Below, one piece after another: positions 1 through 8,486 of a stretch of DNA of 64,000 nucleotides. The first letter of the stretch is position 1, and every line of letters starts with the position of its first letter. The DNA comes from Bacteroidota bacterium (GTDB lineage: Bacteria; Bacteroidota; Bacteroidia; AKYH767-A; 2013-40CM-41-45): positions 10,025-74,024 of the forward strand of contig JBMQEM010000163.1 in NCBI GenBank assembly GCA_049363815.1, in the 5' to 3' direction. Position numbers and translations under genes: made by a program. The notes under the pieces are model-generated. The model saw nothing but the letters and a program-made list of their open reading frames with translations. It was not told the origin of the DNA and ran no database searches.

Positions 1-165
1 GTGATTGAGATCTTCGATACAAATGGAAATCTCATCAGAAAGATTCAGCCTGATGCCAACGGGATTTTTTCACTTCCTGCCACCGGTCTTTCTAACGGTA
101 ATTATCACTATTCTATTTCAGGAAAGGGATCAAAGGTATACGGAACATTCCAGGTGCAACATTGA
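1..165 (+). CDS. 3' end of a secreted protein carrying a T9SS C-terminal sorting domain (5' part lies outside the window)
   Basis: Frame 1 is open from nt 1 to TGA at 163-165. It reads VIEIFDTNGNLIRKIQPDANGIFSLPATGLSNGNYHYSISGKGSKVYGTFQVQH*, the same tail pattern as the seven full-length T9SS CTD proteins in this window. The listed 5..232 ORF is in another frame. Confidence 0.55.
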   Translation: MIEIFDTNGNLIRKIQPDANGIFSLPATGLSNGNYHYSISGKGSKVYGTFQVQH

Positions 166-184
166 GAATAAATTAAAATTTAAC

Positions 185-216
185 AAAAGGGGAAGACATC
201 GGTTTTCCCTTTTTTT
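185..216 (+). terminator. Candidate intrinsic terminator after the truncated T9SS gene
   Basis: aaaaggggaagac / ggttttccctttt forms a ~13-bp stem (two G-U pairs) with a 4-nt loop, and runs into a T tract. Confidence 0.5.
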
Positions 217-228
217 GTACCTTGTGGT

Positions 229-537
229 ATGAGAATCCTGATGATATTTACTTTCCTGCTTTTTGTTTCAATAGAAACTGTCAGTGCCCAGGATTCAACA
301 GCAGTGAAAAAAAATCAATACCAGATCTTTTTAAATCAACCTGCCAAAACAATAAAATACATAATGTATGATAAGGATTTTCTTCCGATCCAGGGAGAAT
401 TATCCGAAGATAAAAAATCTGTTATCATGAAAAATTACAAGACCGGAGCTAAGGTGAGATTAAAGGTAGAATACGAAGACGGAACATCTGAAGAAATAAT
501 AAAGAGTCCTTGCTTTATTGATCCGGTAATAAGCTGA
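229..537 (+). CDS. Hypothetical small secreted protein
   Basis: 102-aa ORF with a signal-like N-terminus, MRILMIFTFLLFVSIETVSAQ. I recognise no domain. Confidence 0.5.
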   Translation: MRILMIFTFLLFVSIETVSAQDSTAVKKNQYQIFLNQPAKTIKYIMYDKDFLPIQGELSEDKKSVIMKNYKTGAKVRLKVEYEDGTSEEIIKSPCFIDPVIS

Positions 538-545
538 ACGTTTTT

Positions 546-1865
546 TTAATTTACTGTAACTCCAAAAAGATCAAATTCGCCGGCGTCAGTAATTTTTATA
601 TCTGCAAAATCACCTATCCTTACATAATTATCTTTTGCTTCCAGCAAAACTTCATTATCAACCTCAGGAGAATCAAACTCTGTTCTGCCAATAAAGTAAC
701 CACCTTCTTTTCTGTCAAAAAGTACTTTATAAATATTTCCAATCTTTTCTTCATTTTTCTCTGAGGAAATTGTTTGCTGTATTGACATGATCTCAGCACA
801 ACGATCTCTTTTCACATTATCCGGAACATTGTCCTCTAGCAAATATGCATGCGTATTCTCTTCATGAGAATATGCAAAAATCCCCAACCTGTCAAAACGA
901 CTTTCCTTTACCCACTCTTTCATTTCCTCAAAATCAGATTCCGTCTCACCGGGGTAACCACCTATCAAAGTTGTACGGAGAGCAATGCCCGGGACTTTAG
1001 ACCTGATCTCAGAAATAAGATCATTGGTCTTTTGTCTGGTTGTGCCTCTGCGCATACTTTTTAACATGCTGTCAGAAATATGTTGTAAAGGCATATCAAG
1101 ATATTTACAGATGTTCTCCCTCTCATTCATCACGTCCAGAATGTCCATAGGGAATCCGGAAGGAAAAGCATAGTGAAGACGGATCCATTCGATACCATTT
1201 ACATCAGATAAGTTTTTTAGTAACTCGGAAAGATTTCGCTTTTTGTAAATATCAAGTCCATAGTACGTCAGGTCTTGTGCAATCAGGATCAATTCCTTTA
1301 CTCCTTTTGTTGCCAACGTTTTTGCTTGAGTCACCAGTTCTTCAATCGGGGTACTGATATGCGTACCTCGCATCAGAGGTATTGCACAGAAAGAACATGG
1401 TCGATCGCATCCTTCTGAAATTTTCAGATACGCATAATGTTTAGGAGTTGTAAGTAATCGCTCTCCGATCAGTTCGTGCTTGTAATCTGCACCAAGTGAT
1501 TTCAAAAGCAAGGGCAGGTCACGGGTTCCGAAAAATTCATCAACGTTTTTTATTTCCCTTGAAAGTTCCGGTTTATACCTTTCACTTAAACAACCGGTAA
1601 CGATCAGTTTGTCGATCTTTCCTGCTTCTTTTGCCTGGGCAAATTCAAGAATCGTATCGATACTTTCCTGTTTAGCATTATCAATAAAACCGCAGGTATT
1701 GATGATCACAATTCCTGAATCATAATCAGTGGATTCATGTGCAACATCAAATTTATTTGCGCGCAGCTGTCCCATGAGTACTTCACTGTCGTAGACATTC
1801 TTCGAGCAGCCAAGTGTGATGACATTGATCTTATTTTTCTTGAATGATTTTGTTTTCATTATCAA
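546..1865 (-). CDS. rimO: Ribosomal protein S12 methylthiotransferase RimO (radical SAM MTTase)
   Basis: 439 aa. N-terminal MTTase domain (KINVITLGCSKNVYDSE), radical-SAM cluster CDRPCSFCAIP and a C-terminal TRAM-like end. The N-terminal pattern is RimO-like rather than MiaB-like. Confidence 0.88.
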   Translation of the reverse strand: MIMKTKSFKKNKINVITLGCSKNVYDSEVLMGQLRANKFDVAHESTDYDSGIVIINTCGFIDNAKQESIDTILEFAQAKEAGKIDKLIVTGCLSERYKPELSREIKNVDEFFGTRDLPLLLKSLGADYKHELIGERLLTTPKHYAYLKISEGCDRPCSFCAIPLMRGTHISTPIEELVTQAKTLATKGVKELILIAQDLTYYGLDIYKKRNLSELLKNLSDVNGIEWIRLHYAFPSGFPMDILDVMNERENICKYLDMPLQHISDSMLKSMRRGTTRQKTNDLISEIRSKVPGIALRTTLIGGYPGETESDFEEMKEWVKESRFDRLGIFAYSHEENTHAYLLEDNVPDNVKRDRCAEIMSIQQTISSEKNEEKIGNIYKVLFDRKEGGYFIGRTEFDSPEVDNEVLLEAKDNYVRIGDFADIKITDAGEFDLFGVTVN

Positions 1866-1867
1866 AC

Positions 1868-2824
1868 TTACATTTCACCGAATAAAGAATCTACAAATTC
1901 ATTCTTATTGAATGCCTGCAGATCTTCCATCTTCTCTCCAACTCCAATGTATTTTACAGGGATCTTGAATTCATCAGAAATACCAATCACCACTCCACCT
2001 TTAGCAGTACCATCAAGTTTAGTCAAAGCAAGAGCATTTACTTCCGTTGCCAGCGTAAACTGTTTGGCCTGTTCAATAGCATTCTGACCTGTACTTGCAT
2101 CAAGGACCAGAAGGATCTCATGGGGCGCACCAGGAATTACTTTCTGAATTACCCGCTTGATCTTAGAAAGTTCATTCATCAGATTTACTTTATTATGCAG
2201 ACGACCGGCAGTATCAATTATGAGAACATCCATATTCTGTGAGACAGCAGTCTGAACTGATTCAAAAGCAACTGAAGCCGGATCTGAACCCATAGCTTGT
2301 TTGACAATAGGAACCCCTACCCGTTTACTCCATATATCAAGCTGGTCAACAGCAGCAGCTCTGAAGGTATCGGCAGCTCCCAGCATTACGTTGAGTCCGG
2401 TTTTTTTAAACTGATGTGAAAGTTTTCCGATAGTTGTTGTTTTTCCGACACCATTTACACCAACGACCATAATGACATATGGCTTGACTCCTGATGGAAT
2501 AGAAAATTCTTCAACTGAATCTGATTTGTTCTCGCTTAATAATTCAGTGACTTCAGATTTTAAAAGTTTATTCAGTTCGTCGGTACCAACATATTTATCT
2601 TTTGCAACCCTTTCTTCCAGACGTTTAATGATCTTTAATGTGGTGCTAACACCGACATCTGAAGAGACAAGGATCTCTTCAAGGTTATCCAGTACTTCAG
2701 CATCAACCGTTGACTTTCCTACAACTGCTTTTGCAATCCTGGAAAATAAAGAGGTCTTTGTTTTTTCAAGACCTTTGTCGAGACTTTCTTTTTTCTCTTT
2801 TGAAAAAAAACTGAATATTCCCAT
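1868..2824 (-). CDS. ftsY: Signal recognition particle receptor FtsY
   Basis: 318 aa with an SRP-GTPase NG domain: GVNGVGKTTTIGKL, DTAGRL, LTKLDGTAKGG. Confidence 0.93.
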   Translation of the reverse strand: MGIFSFFSKEKKESLDKGLEKTKTSLFSRIAKAVVGKSTVDAEVLDNLEEILVSSDVGVSTTLKIIKRLEERVAKDKYVGTDELNKLLKSEVTELLSENKSDSVEEFSIPSGVKPYVIMVVGVNGVGKTTTIGKLSHQFKKTGLNVMLGAADTFRAAAVDQLDIWSKRVGVPIVKQAMGSDPASVAFESVQTAVSQNMDVLIIDTAGRLHNKVNLMNELSKIKRVIQKVIPGAPHEILLVLDASTGQNAIEQAKQFTLATEVNALALTKLDGTAKGGVVIGISDEFKIPVKYIGVGEKMEDLQAFNKNEFVDSLFGEM

Positions 2825-2910
2825 TGGTTGTTGTGCTTTAAAATTTCAAATAAATAAAAAAGCTCCTTTCAGAGTGAAAGAAGCTCAGTTATATATTTAA
2901 TACGATTGTA

Positions 2911-3063
2911 TTATTTGTTTTTAAGAAAATCTTTCACGTGATCGTTGTGAACTACTTCTTCCTTGAACTGATAAGAACCGTTATCAGTTTTTACCATCTT
3001 GATCACTTTTGAAAATTCTTTACCTTTTCCACTCTTTAGAGTTGCGACAACTTTCTTTGCCAT
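2911..3063 (-). CDS. DUF4295 family small protein (not in the ORF track, 50 aa)
   Basis: Reverse strand ATG at 3063 to TAA at 2911 encodes MAKKVVATLKSGKGKEFSKVIKMVKTDNGSYQFKEEVVHNDHVKDFLKNK. The lysine-rich 50-aa protein directly downstream of rpmG is the conserved Bacteroidota DUF4295 arrangement. Confidence 0.8.
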   Translation of the reverse strand: MAKKVVATLKSGKGKEFSKVIKMVKTDNGSYQFKEEVVHNDHVKDFLKNK

Positions 3064-3096
3064 AGCTTAATCCTTTTGAACTATTTTAATTAGGAA

Positions 3097-3279
3097 TTAT
3101 TTAATTTCTTTATGTACAGTCATTTTCTTAAGGATAGAATTGTATTTCTTCACCTCAAGACGTTCTGTCGTATTTTTTTTATTCTTCGTTGTGATGTAAC
3201 GAGACATACCCGGCATTCCGCTCGTTTTGTGCTCTGTACATTCTAGAATCACCTGGATCCTGTTACCTTTCTTTGCCAT
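3097..3279 (-). CDS. rpmG: 50S ribosomal protein L33
   Basis: [60 protein letters not shown] (60 aa). The start was moved from the listed 3324 to the internal ATG at 3279. Confidence 0.93.
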   Translation of the reverse strand: MAKKGNRIQVILECTEHKTSGMPGMSRYITTKNKKNTTERLEVKKYNSILKKMTVHKEIK

Positions 3280-3406
3280 GATAAAATTCCTTTTTTTTTG
3301 ATGTTTCCCGCCGCTTCGGCTCACGGATTATTTACGGGGCTGCAAATATAGGTATTCTTGTGAAATAAAAAAGCTTTTAGCCTGATTTTTATGTTCTTTT
3401 CACCAA

Positions 3407-4807
3407 TTATTTGTTCATATCCGTTTTTCTCGATCTCAGCTTTTCAATTTCTTCAACTGTTCTGGGTGCTGATTCCGATAAATTTACCGGGCCATTGTCG
3501 GTTATCAGGATATCATCCTCGATTCTCACCCCAATATTCCACCATTTTGGGTCACAATCGCTGTTTTCTTCAATATAAATGCCCGGTTCAACCGTGATAA
3601 TGTTTCCGCTTTTTAACGGACCTCTTGATCCTGGATCGTGAACATCAAGTCCCAGGTAATGAGAGGTTCCATGCATGAAATATTTATCTGATTCGGAAAC
3701 ATCCTTAATGATCCCCAGACTGACCAGTCCCTTTGCAATTACAGATGATGCAGCAAAGTGCACATCGCTAAAAGGATTTCCTTTTACACAAGCCTGAATT
3801 CCTTCATTCTGAGCTTTTAATACCAATTCATAAATGATCTTTTGTTCTGGTGTAAATTTATTTCCGATTGGGATGGTCCTGGTAACATCTGCTGTATAGC
3901 CATGATATTCTGCACCCATATCAAGCAGGATGAGATCAGACTCATTCATTGTTCTTCTGTTGGAAGTGTAATGCAGGATGACTGAATTTTCACGGCTTCC
4001 ACAGATGCTCGAATATCCGAATGTTTCTGCTCCTTGTTTTTTAAATTCATATTCACCGATCGCCTGTACCTGATATTCCGTCATCCCCGGACTTGCATTT
4101 TGCATCATAGAAAGAAATCCATTGCAAGTCATTGTAACAGCCTGCTTCATCAGTTTGATTTCTTCTTCTGTTTTTACTTCACGTAATTCCTGCATGATCT
4201 TATTCAACGTGAAGCCATCGCCTCTGTCCGGATTCTGACTGATAATATTTCTGAAACAGTCGTCGAGTTCGAACAGATCACAAGAGTTATTTTTATCATT
4301 TGCAATTCCTTTATGCATTTTCAAATGCAGAATTCTTAATGATGAATCTGAAAAAAGCGATGTACGTTTTAGAAAGTCTTCAGCGTAGAAAACAGTTTTA
4401 ACTCCCGAAATTATTTGTGCCCCTTTGATTCCTGCTCTGCGGCCATTCCAGATCTCTCTTGATTTATCACGGACAGGAACAAAAAGAATTTCATGTATGA
4501 AATTTTCATTGACGGAAACAGAATCCTTATAGATCAATAAGACAGAATTCGGTTCATTGAAACCGGTCAGGTAATAAAAATTCGGATCTTGATGATAATC
4601 GTAATCCACGTCATTTGCTCTATTGCGTTCAGGATTTGCAAAGAATACTGCAACAGAATTCAGTGGTAATTTATTTCTTACCGCTTCCCGCCTTCCCTGA
4701 TGAAAAGAAGCAGGAAGCAGATCATTTTCATACCTGTAATACGAAAAATCCTGGCCTTGACAAATTACAGTGGCAAGTAGAAAAATGAGATAGGTTAATC
4801 TGAACAT
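3407..4807 (-). CDS. Xaa-Pro aminopeptidase (M24B family), probably exported
   Basis: M24 metal-ligand motifs LDMGAEYHGYTADVTRT, HGTSHYLGLDVHD, VEPGIYI and RIEDD. Signal-like MFRLTYLIFLLATVICQGQ. The listed start at 4825 is a TTG inside the rpmB terminator T-run, so ATG at 4807 is preferred. Confidence 0.85.
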   Translation of the reverse strand: MFRLTYLIFLLATVICQGQDFSYYRYENDLLPASFHQGRREAVRNKLPLNSVAVFFANPERNRANDVDYDYHQDPNFYYLTGFNEPNSVLLIYKDSVSVNENFIHEILFVPVRDKSREIWNGRRAGIKGAQIISGVKTVFYAEDFLKRTSLFSDSSLRILHLKMHKGIANDKNNSCDLFELDDCFRNIISQNPDRGDGFTLNKIMQELREVKTEEEIKLMKQAVTMTCNGFLSMMQNASPGMTEYQVQAIGEYEFKKQGAETFGYSSICGSRENSVILHYTSNRRTMNESDLILLDMGAEYHGYTADVTRTIPIGNKFTPEQKIIYELVLKAQNEGIQACVKGNPFSDVHFAASSVIAKGLVSLGIIKDVSESDKYFMHGTSHYLGLDVHDPGSRGPLKSGNIITVEPGIYIEENSDCDPKWWNIGVRIEDDILITDNGPVNLSESAPRTVEEIEKLRSRKTDMNK

Positions 4808-4821
4808 GAATTCAAATTTAG

Positions 4822-4852
4822 GCAAAAAAAAAGCCGGTAAGATTACCGGCTT
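4822..4852 (-). terminator. Intrinsic terminator downstream of rpmB
   Basis: On the minus strand, aagccggtaa-tc-ttaccggctt (10-bp perfect stem) is followed by a run of nine T. Confidence 0.75.
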
Positions 4853-4873
4853 TGTTATATTATCTTAAGATAA

Positions 4874-5107
4874 TCAGATCGTACCTTTGCGGATAGCTTT
4901 TTCTATTGCAGCACTGATACCTAATTTGTCAATTGTACGCAATGCAGACGTAGAAACTTTTAAAGTAATCCATTCACCCAATTCAGGTACAAAGAACTTC
5001 TTCGTCTGCAAATTCGGATTGAACTTGCGTTTCGTTTTCTTATTTGAGAAGGAAACACTGTTTCCTGTCATTGCCTTTTTTCCTGTTAAATCACAAATAC
5101 GTGCCAT
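4874..5107 (-). CDS. rpmB: 50S ribosomal protein L28
   Basis: 77 aa, MARICDLTGKKAMTGNSVSFSNKKTKRKFNPNLQ..., typical L28. Confidence 0.93.
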   Translation of the reverse strand: MARICDLTGKKAMTGNSVSFSNKKTKRKFNPNLQTKKFFVPELGEWITLKVSTSALRTIDKLGISAAIEKAIRKGTI

Positions 5108-5129
5108 TTCAATCGTTTTTTAAGAGGCG

Positions 5130-5137
5130 CAAAGATA
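5130..5137 (-). promoter_or_regulatory. Candidate Bacteroidota -7 box (TAnnTTTG) for rpmB
   Basis: The minus strand reads TATCTTTG, 22 nt upstream of the rpmB ATG. Confidence 0.45.
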
Positions 5138-5191
5138 GCTTTTTTTATTAATCTGCAATACTTTTATTCAGATTTCTGCACATATAATTGT

Positions 5192-6439
5192 TCATTTTGT
5201 TCCAAGTAACTCTTTTCTGAGGCCATTCAGGGCATGTAAAGCGGTTTCAGTTATGATTCTCAGTCGGTTAGAGCCCAATTGGACCTTCCAGGCTTTGGTT
5301 TTATCTGGTCCGGAAATCGCGATCCAGACGGTTCCAACCGGCTTAAGTTCTGATCCACCGGAAGGACCGGCAATGCCTGAAGTGGCTATGGCATAATCGG
5401 TTTTGAGCATTTTACGAGCAAGTTCTGCCATTTGAGTCACCACTTCCTGACTGACTGCGCCGTGTTTTTCAATCAAGGCAGGATCGACTTTTAACAGACC
5501 GGTCTTAAGATCGTTTGAATACGGAAGTACGGATCCCATAAAATACCGGGAGCTACCCGGAACCGAAGTGATCTTATGCGCAATAAAACCTCCGGTGCAG
5601 CTTTCAGCGGTTGATAAGGTTTTTCCCTTCTTTACCAGCAATTCGCCAATAAGCGTTTCAAGCTGATCAGATTCATATCCAAAGATATGATCAGGGATCA
5701 GCTTTATCAGTTCATCAGTTTGGGACTCTACTTCTGCTTTCAGTTTCTCCAGATCGTTACCATTCGCTGTGATCCGTAACCTGACTATTCCTGCTGAAGG
5801 CAGGTAAGCAAGTTTCATATAAGGCGGAAGAGCAAGTTCCCATTTCTCAATCAGGTCTGATAAGAATGACTCTCCTATTCCCTGAGTCAGAATTGTTTTA
5901 TGAACGATAGGTGCAAGATTGAATTTCGATCTTAGCTGTGGGATCACAAGAGTTTCCATCAAACCTTTCATTTCATTCGGAACACCGGGCATAGAGACAA
6001 TGATTTTACCTTCATCATTGAACCACATTCCGGGAGCTGTGCCGTTTTTGTTGAGCAGCACTTCACAATTTGCCGGTACAAAGGATTGCTGACGGTTAGT
6101 TTCAGTGATCGTTCGTCCTCTGGATCTAAAAATTTCTTCAATAATTTTAAATGATGGTTCATGAAAGATCAGATTCGTATTGAAGAATTCGCAAAGTGTA
6201 TTCTTCGTAATATCATCCTTGGTCGGTCCCAGTCCACCGGTAATCAGTATTACATCCGCCCTCTTTTTGGCTTCCTGCAAAGTGGTTAAAATGTGTGATT
6301 TATCGTCGCTGATGGATGTGATCTGCTTAACTTTTATCCCAATCTCATTGAGCTTTTGTCCCATCCAGGCGCTATTAGTATCTATTACCTGACCAATCAG
6401 TAATTCATCTCCAATCGTTATTATTTCAGCAAGGATCAT
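5192..6439 (-). CDS. cinA: CinA family protein (MoCF-type domain plus nicotinamide-nucleotide amidohydrolase PncC domain)
   Basis: 415 aa. N-terminal ITIGDELLIGQVIDTNS...ITGGLGPTKDDIT and C-terminal TAESCTGGFIAHKITSVPGSS. Confidence 0.88.
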   Translation of the reverse strand: MILAEIITIGDELLIGQVIDTNSAWMGQKLNEIGIKVKQITSISDDKSHILTTLQEAKKRADVILITGGLGPTKDDITKNTLCEFFNTNLIFHEPSFKIIEEIFRSRGRTITETNRQQSFVPANCEVLLNKNGTAPGMWFNDEGKIIVSMPGVPNEMKGLMETLVIPQLRSKFNLAPIVHKTILTQGIGESFLSDLIEKWELALPPYMKLAYLPSAGIVRLRITANGNDLEKLKAEVESQTDELIKLIPDHIFGYESDQLETLIGELLVKKGKTLSTAESCTGGFIAHKITSVPGSSRYFMGSVLPYSNDLKTGLLKVDPALIEKHGAVSQEVVTQMAELARKMLKTDYAIATSGIAGPSGGSELKPVGTVWIAISGPDKTKAWKVQLGSNRLRIITETALHALNGLRKELLGTK

Positions 6440-6539
6440 ATGAAATTCTTTATTTTGCGAAGGTAAGATGAATAATAATCAGGTTCGAATTTTGAGATCA
6501 ATAAAATATTGTTTTAAGATACCCGTCTATTGATTCAGT

Positions 6540-7142
6540 ATGCAAGAACTGAGACACACAGCACTTGAAATGACCAAAAGCCAGAACGACTCGATAGGAG
6601 AAGTTATACAAGACAACGGAAAAAGGCTTTTCGACTTCATTCGAAACCGGGTTCGGGAAGAGGAAGAAGCAGAAGATATTTTTCAGGACGTCATGATTGA
6701 ATTGACTCAATCATACCGTATGATGCAACCTATTGAAAAAATGGCAGCATGGTTATTCCGTGTAGCAAGAAATAAGATCACTGACAATTACCGGAAAAAG
6801 AGACCTGTTCTCCTGGATGATCAATTTTCATACAGAGGGAACGACGAAGATGAACCACTCTATATTCAGGACCTGATCAAGTCAAGTGAAAAAAGTCCTG
6901 ACAGTGATTTTGACAGGGCTTTGATCTATGATGCAATTGAAATGGCACTGGAAGAACTTCCTGCTGAACAGAGAGATGTTTTTGTAAAGCATGAACTGGA
7001 AGGAAAAAGTTTTAAGGAGATGGCTGAAGAAACGGGTTTGTCACAAAACACATTGCTTTCAAGAAAGCGCTATGCTGTAATGGCACTCAGAGATAAATTA
7101 CAATTCCTCTATACAGAATTAATGGAAGGAAAGAATTATTAA
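6540..7142 (+). CDS. ECF-type RNA polymerase sigma-70 family factor
   Basis: Region 2 (DIFQDVMIEL...WLFRVARNKITDNYRK) and region 4 HTH (SFKEMAEETGLSQNTLLSRKRYAV). The start could also be the Met at 6570. Confidence 0.85.
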   Translation: MQELRHTALEMTKSQNDSIGEVIQDNGKRLFDFIRNRVREEEEAEDIFQDVMIELTQSYRMMQPIEKMAAWLFRVARNKITDNYRKKRPVLLDDQFSYRGNDEDEPLYIQDLIKSSEKSPDSDFDRALIYDAIEMALEELPAEQRDVFVKHELEGKSFKEMAEETGLSQNTLLSRKRYAVMALRDKLQFLYTELMEGKNY

Positions 7143-7149
7143 AACAAAA

Positions 7150-7509
7150 ATGATGAAGAATACCTGGAAAATAAAAATGGCCTTATTTGCAATTATTGCA
7201 GTTGCTGCAATGGCCGCAGTAGTAATGTGGTTATGGAACTGGCTGATACCTGTCCTGTTTCACGGACCTGAAATTGATTATTTGCAATCTCTCGGATTGA
7301 TGTTATTATCCAGAATTCTTTTCAGAGGATTTATAGGTGGCCCAAAAGGGATGTGTCATGGAGGCAATCATGGCGGTGAACAATGGAAAAGTAAATGGTC
7401 CAATCTGACACCAGATGAAAAAGAAAAGATGCGTGATCTTTGGAAGAAAAGATGCGGAAGCTTTGATTGTAATGATTCGGATCCAGACAAGACCAAGAAG
7501 CCAGAATGA
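7150..7509 (+). CDS. Small membrane protein co-transcribed with the ECF sigma (candidate anti-sigma or envelope sensor)
   Basis: 119 aa, starting 7 nt after the sigma gene stop. It has one or two hydrophobic segments, then CHGGNHGGEQW, LTPDEKEKMRDLW and CGSFDC. Confidence 0.5.
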   Translation: MMKNTWKIKMALFAIIAVAAMAAVVMWLWNWLIPVLFHGPEIDYLQSLGLMLLSRILFRGFIGGPKGMCHGGNHGGEQWKSKWSNLTPDEKEKMRDLWKKRCGSFDCNDSDPDKTKKPE

Positions 7510-7602
7510 TTTAATCAATGATAAAAATAAAGAAAACTCCGGAAAATTAATTCCGGAGTTTTTTTGTTCCCTTGCGGAAAAGTGAAGATCTGGTTTTGGC
7601 TC

Positions 7603-7610
7603 TATCTTTG
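7603..7610 (+). promoter_or_regulatory. Candidate -7 box (TATCTTTG) for the DUF4197 gene
   Basis: Perfect TAnnTTTG, 26 nt upstream of the ATG at 7637. Confidence 0.4.
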
Positions 7611-7636
7611 TATATTTACCGGATAAACTATCAAAT

Positions 7637-8359
7637 ATGCTTCGCAAACTAATTTACATTGCTCTGGTTGCAATCTTACCGGGTTGCTCTAAAGGACAAT
7701 TCAATTTAAACAATATTGGTAAAGAGATTGACAAAACACTAAACCAGGGCGGATTAACCAATCAGGAGATCATTGACGGATTAAAGCAAGCCTTATCCAT
7801 TGGAAGTAATAACGCAGGAAGTTCAGCTTCAAAGACTGATGGCTATTTTAAAAATACACTAATCAAGATCCCTTTTCCTCCTGAAGCAAAAAAGGTAGAG
7901 AATCAGTTGCGATCTCTGGGAATGAATAAAGCTGTTGATGATTTCATTCTCACAATGAACAGGGCTGCTGAAGAGGCAGCAAAACAAGCAGCTCCAATTT
8001 TTGTAGATGCAGTGAAGACAATGACCATTACAGATGGTGTCAATATTTTAAAAGGAAATGATTCGGCAGCGACTCACTATTTAAGAGGAAAGACCTCTGC
8101 CTCCTTGCATGCCAAATTCAAACCAATCATAAAAGCAGCGACTCAAAAAGTGAATGTGACCAAGTACTGGAATCCGCTTATTACAACTTATAATAATATT
8201 CCTCTGGTCGATAAAATGAATCCTGATCTGGAAGAATATATTACTCAGAAAGCATTGAATGGATTATTTATTCTTGTAGCGCAGGAAGAAACAAAGATCA
8301 GAAAAGATCCGGCGGCGCGGGTGACAGATTTGTTGAAGAAGGTTTTTGCTAAAAAATGA
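7637..8359 (+). CDS. DUF4197-like lipoprotein
   Basis: Lipobox LPGCS, then LTNQEIIDGLKQALSIGSNNAGSSASKTDGYFKNTLIKIPFPPEA. This resembles the DUF4197 family as I remember it. Confidence 0.65.
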   Translation: MLRKLIYIALVAILPGCSKGQFNLNNIGKEIDKTLNQGGLTNQEIIDGLKQALSIGSNNAGSSASKTDGYFKNTLIKIPFPPEAKKVENQLRSLGMNKAVDDFILTMNRAAEEAAKQAAPIFVDAVKTMTITDGVNILKGNDSAATHYLRGKTSASLHAKFKPIIKAATQKVNVTKYWNPLITTYNNIPLVDKMNPDLEEYITQKALNGLFILVAQEETKIRKDPAARVTDLLKKVFAKK

Positions 8360-8375
8360 AATTTAAAGAGTAACT

Positions 8376-8480
8376 AATAACGAATAACGAATAACGAATA
8401 ACGGCAACCTGGTAAGTATTCTCCGGATTGCCGTTATTCGTTATTCGTTATTCGTTATTCGTTATTCGTTATTCGTTATT
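8376..8480. repeat. Heptanucleotide tandem repeat hairpin: 4 x AATAACG, a 20-nt loop with GCAA/TTGC clamp, then 7 x CGTTATT. Probable bidirectional terminator.
   Basis: Read directly. 8376-8407 pairs perfectly with 8428-8459 (32 bp). Three extra right-arm units (8460-8480) are unpaired. It lies between the convergent stops at 8359 and 8487. Confidence 0.9.
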
Positions 8481-8486
8481 ACTTAA

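Noticed and set aside
5-232. Listed 75-aa ORF at the window start.
   Set aside because: It is in a different frame from the clear T9SS CTD reading frame (1..165), spans a terminator hairpin, and has no coding-like features.
8376-8480. Whether the heptamer repeats (here and at 41919-42044) are CRISPR arrays.
   Set aside because: The units are 7 nt and directly abutting with no spacers, and there are no cas genes in the window. They are micro/minisatellites, not CRISPR.
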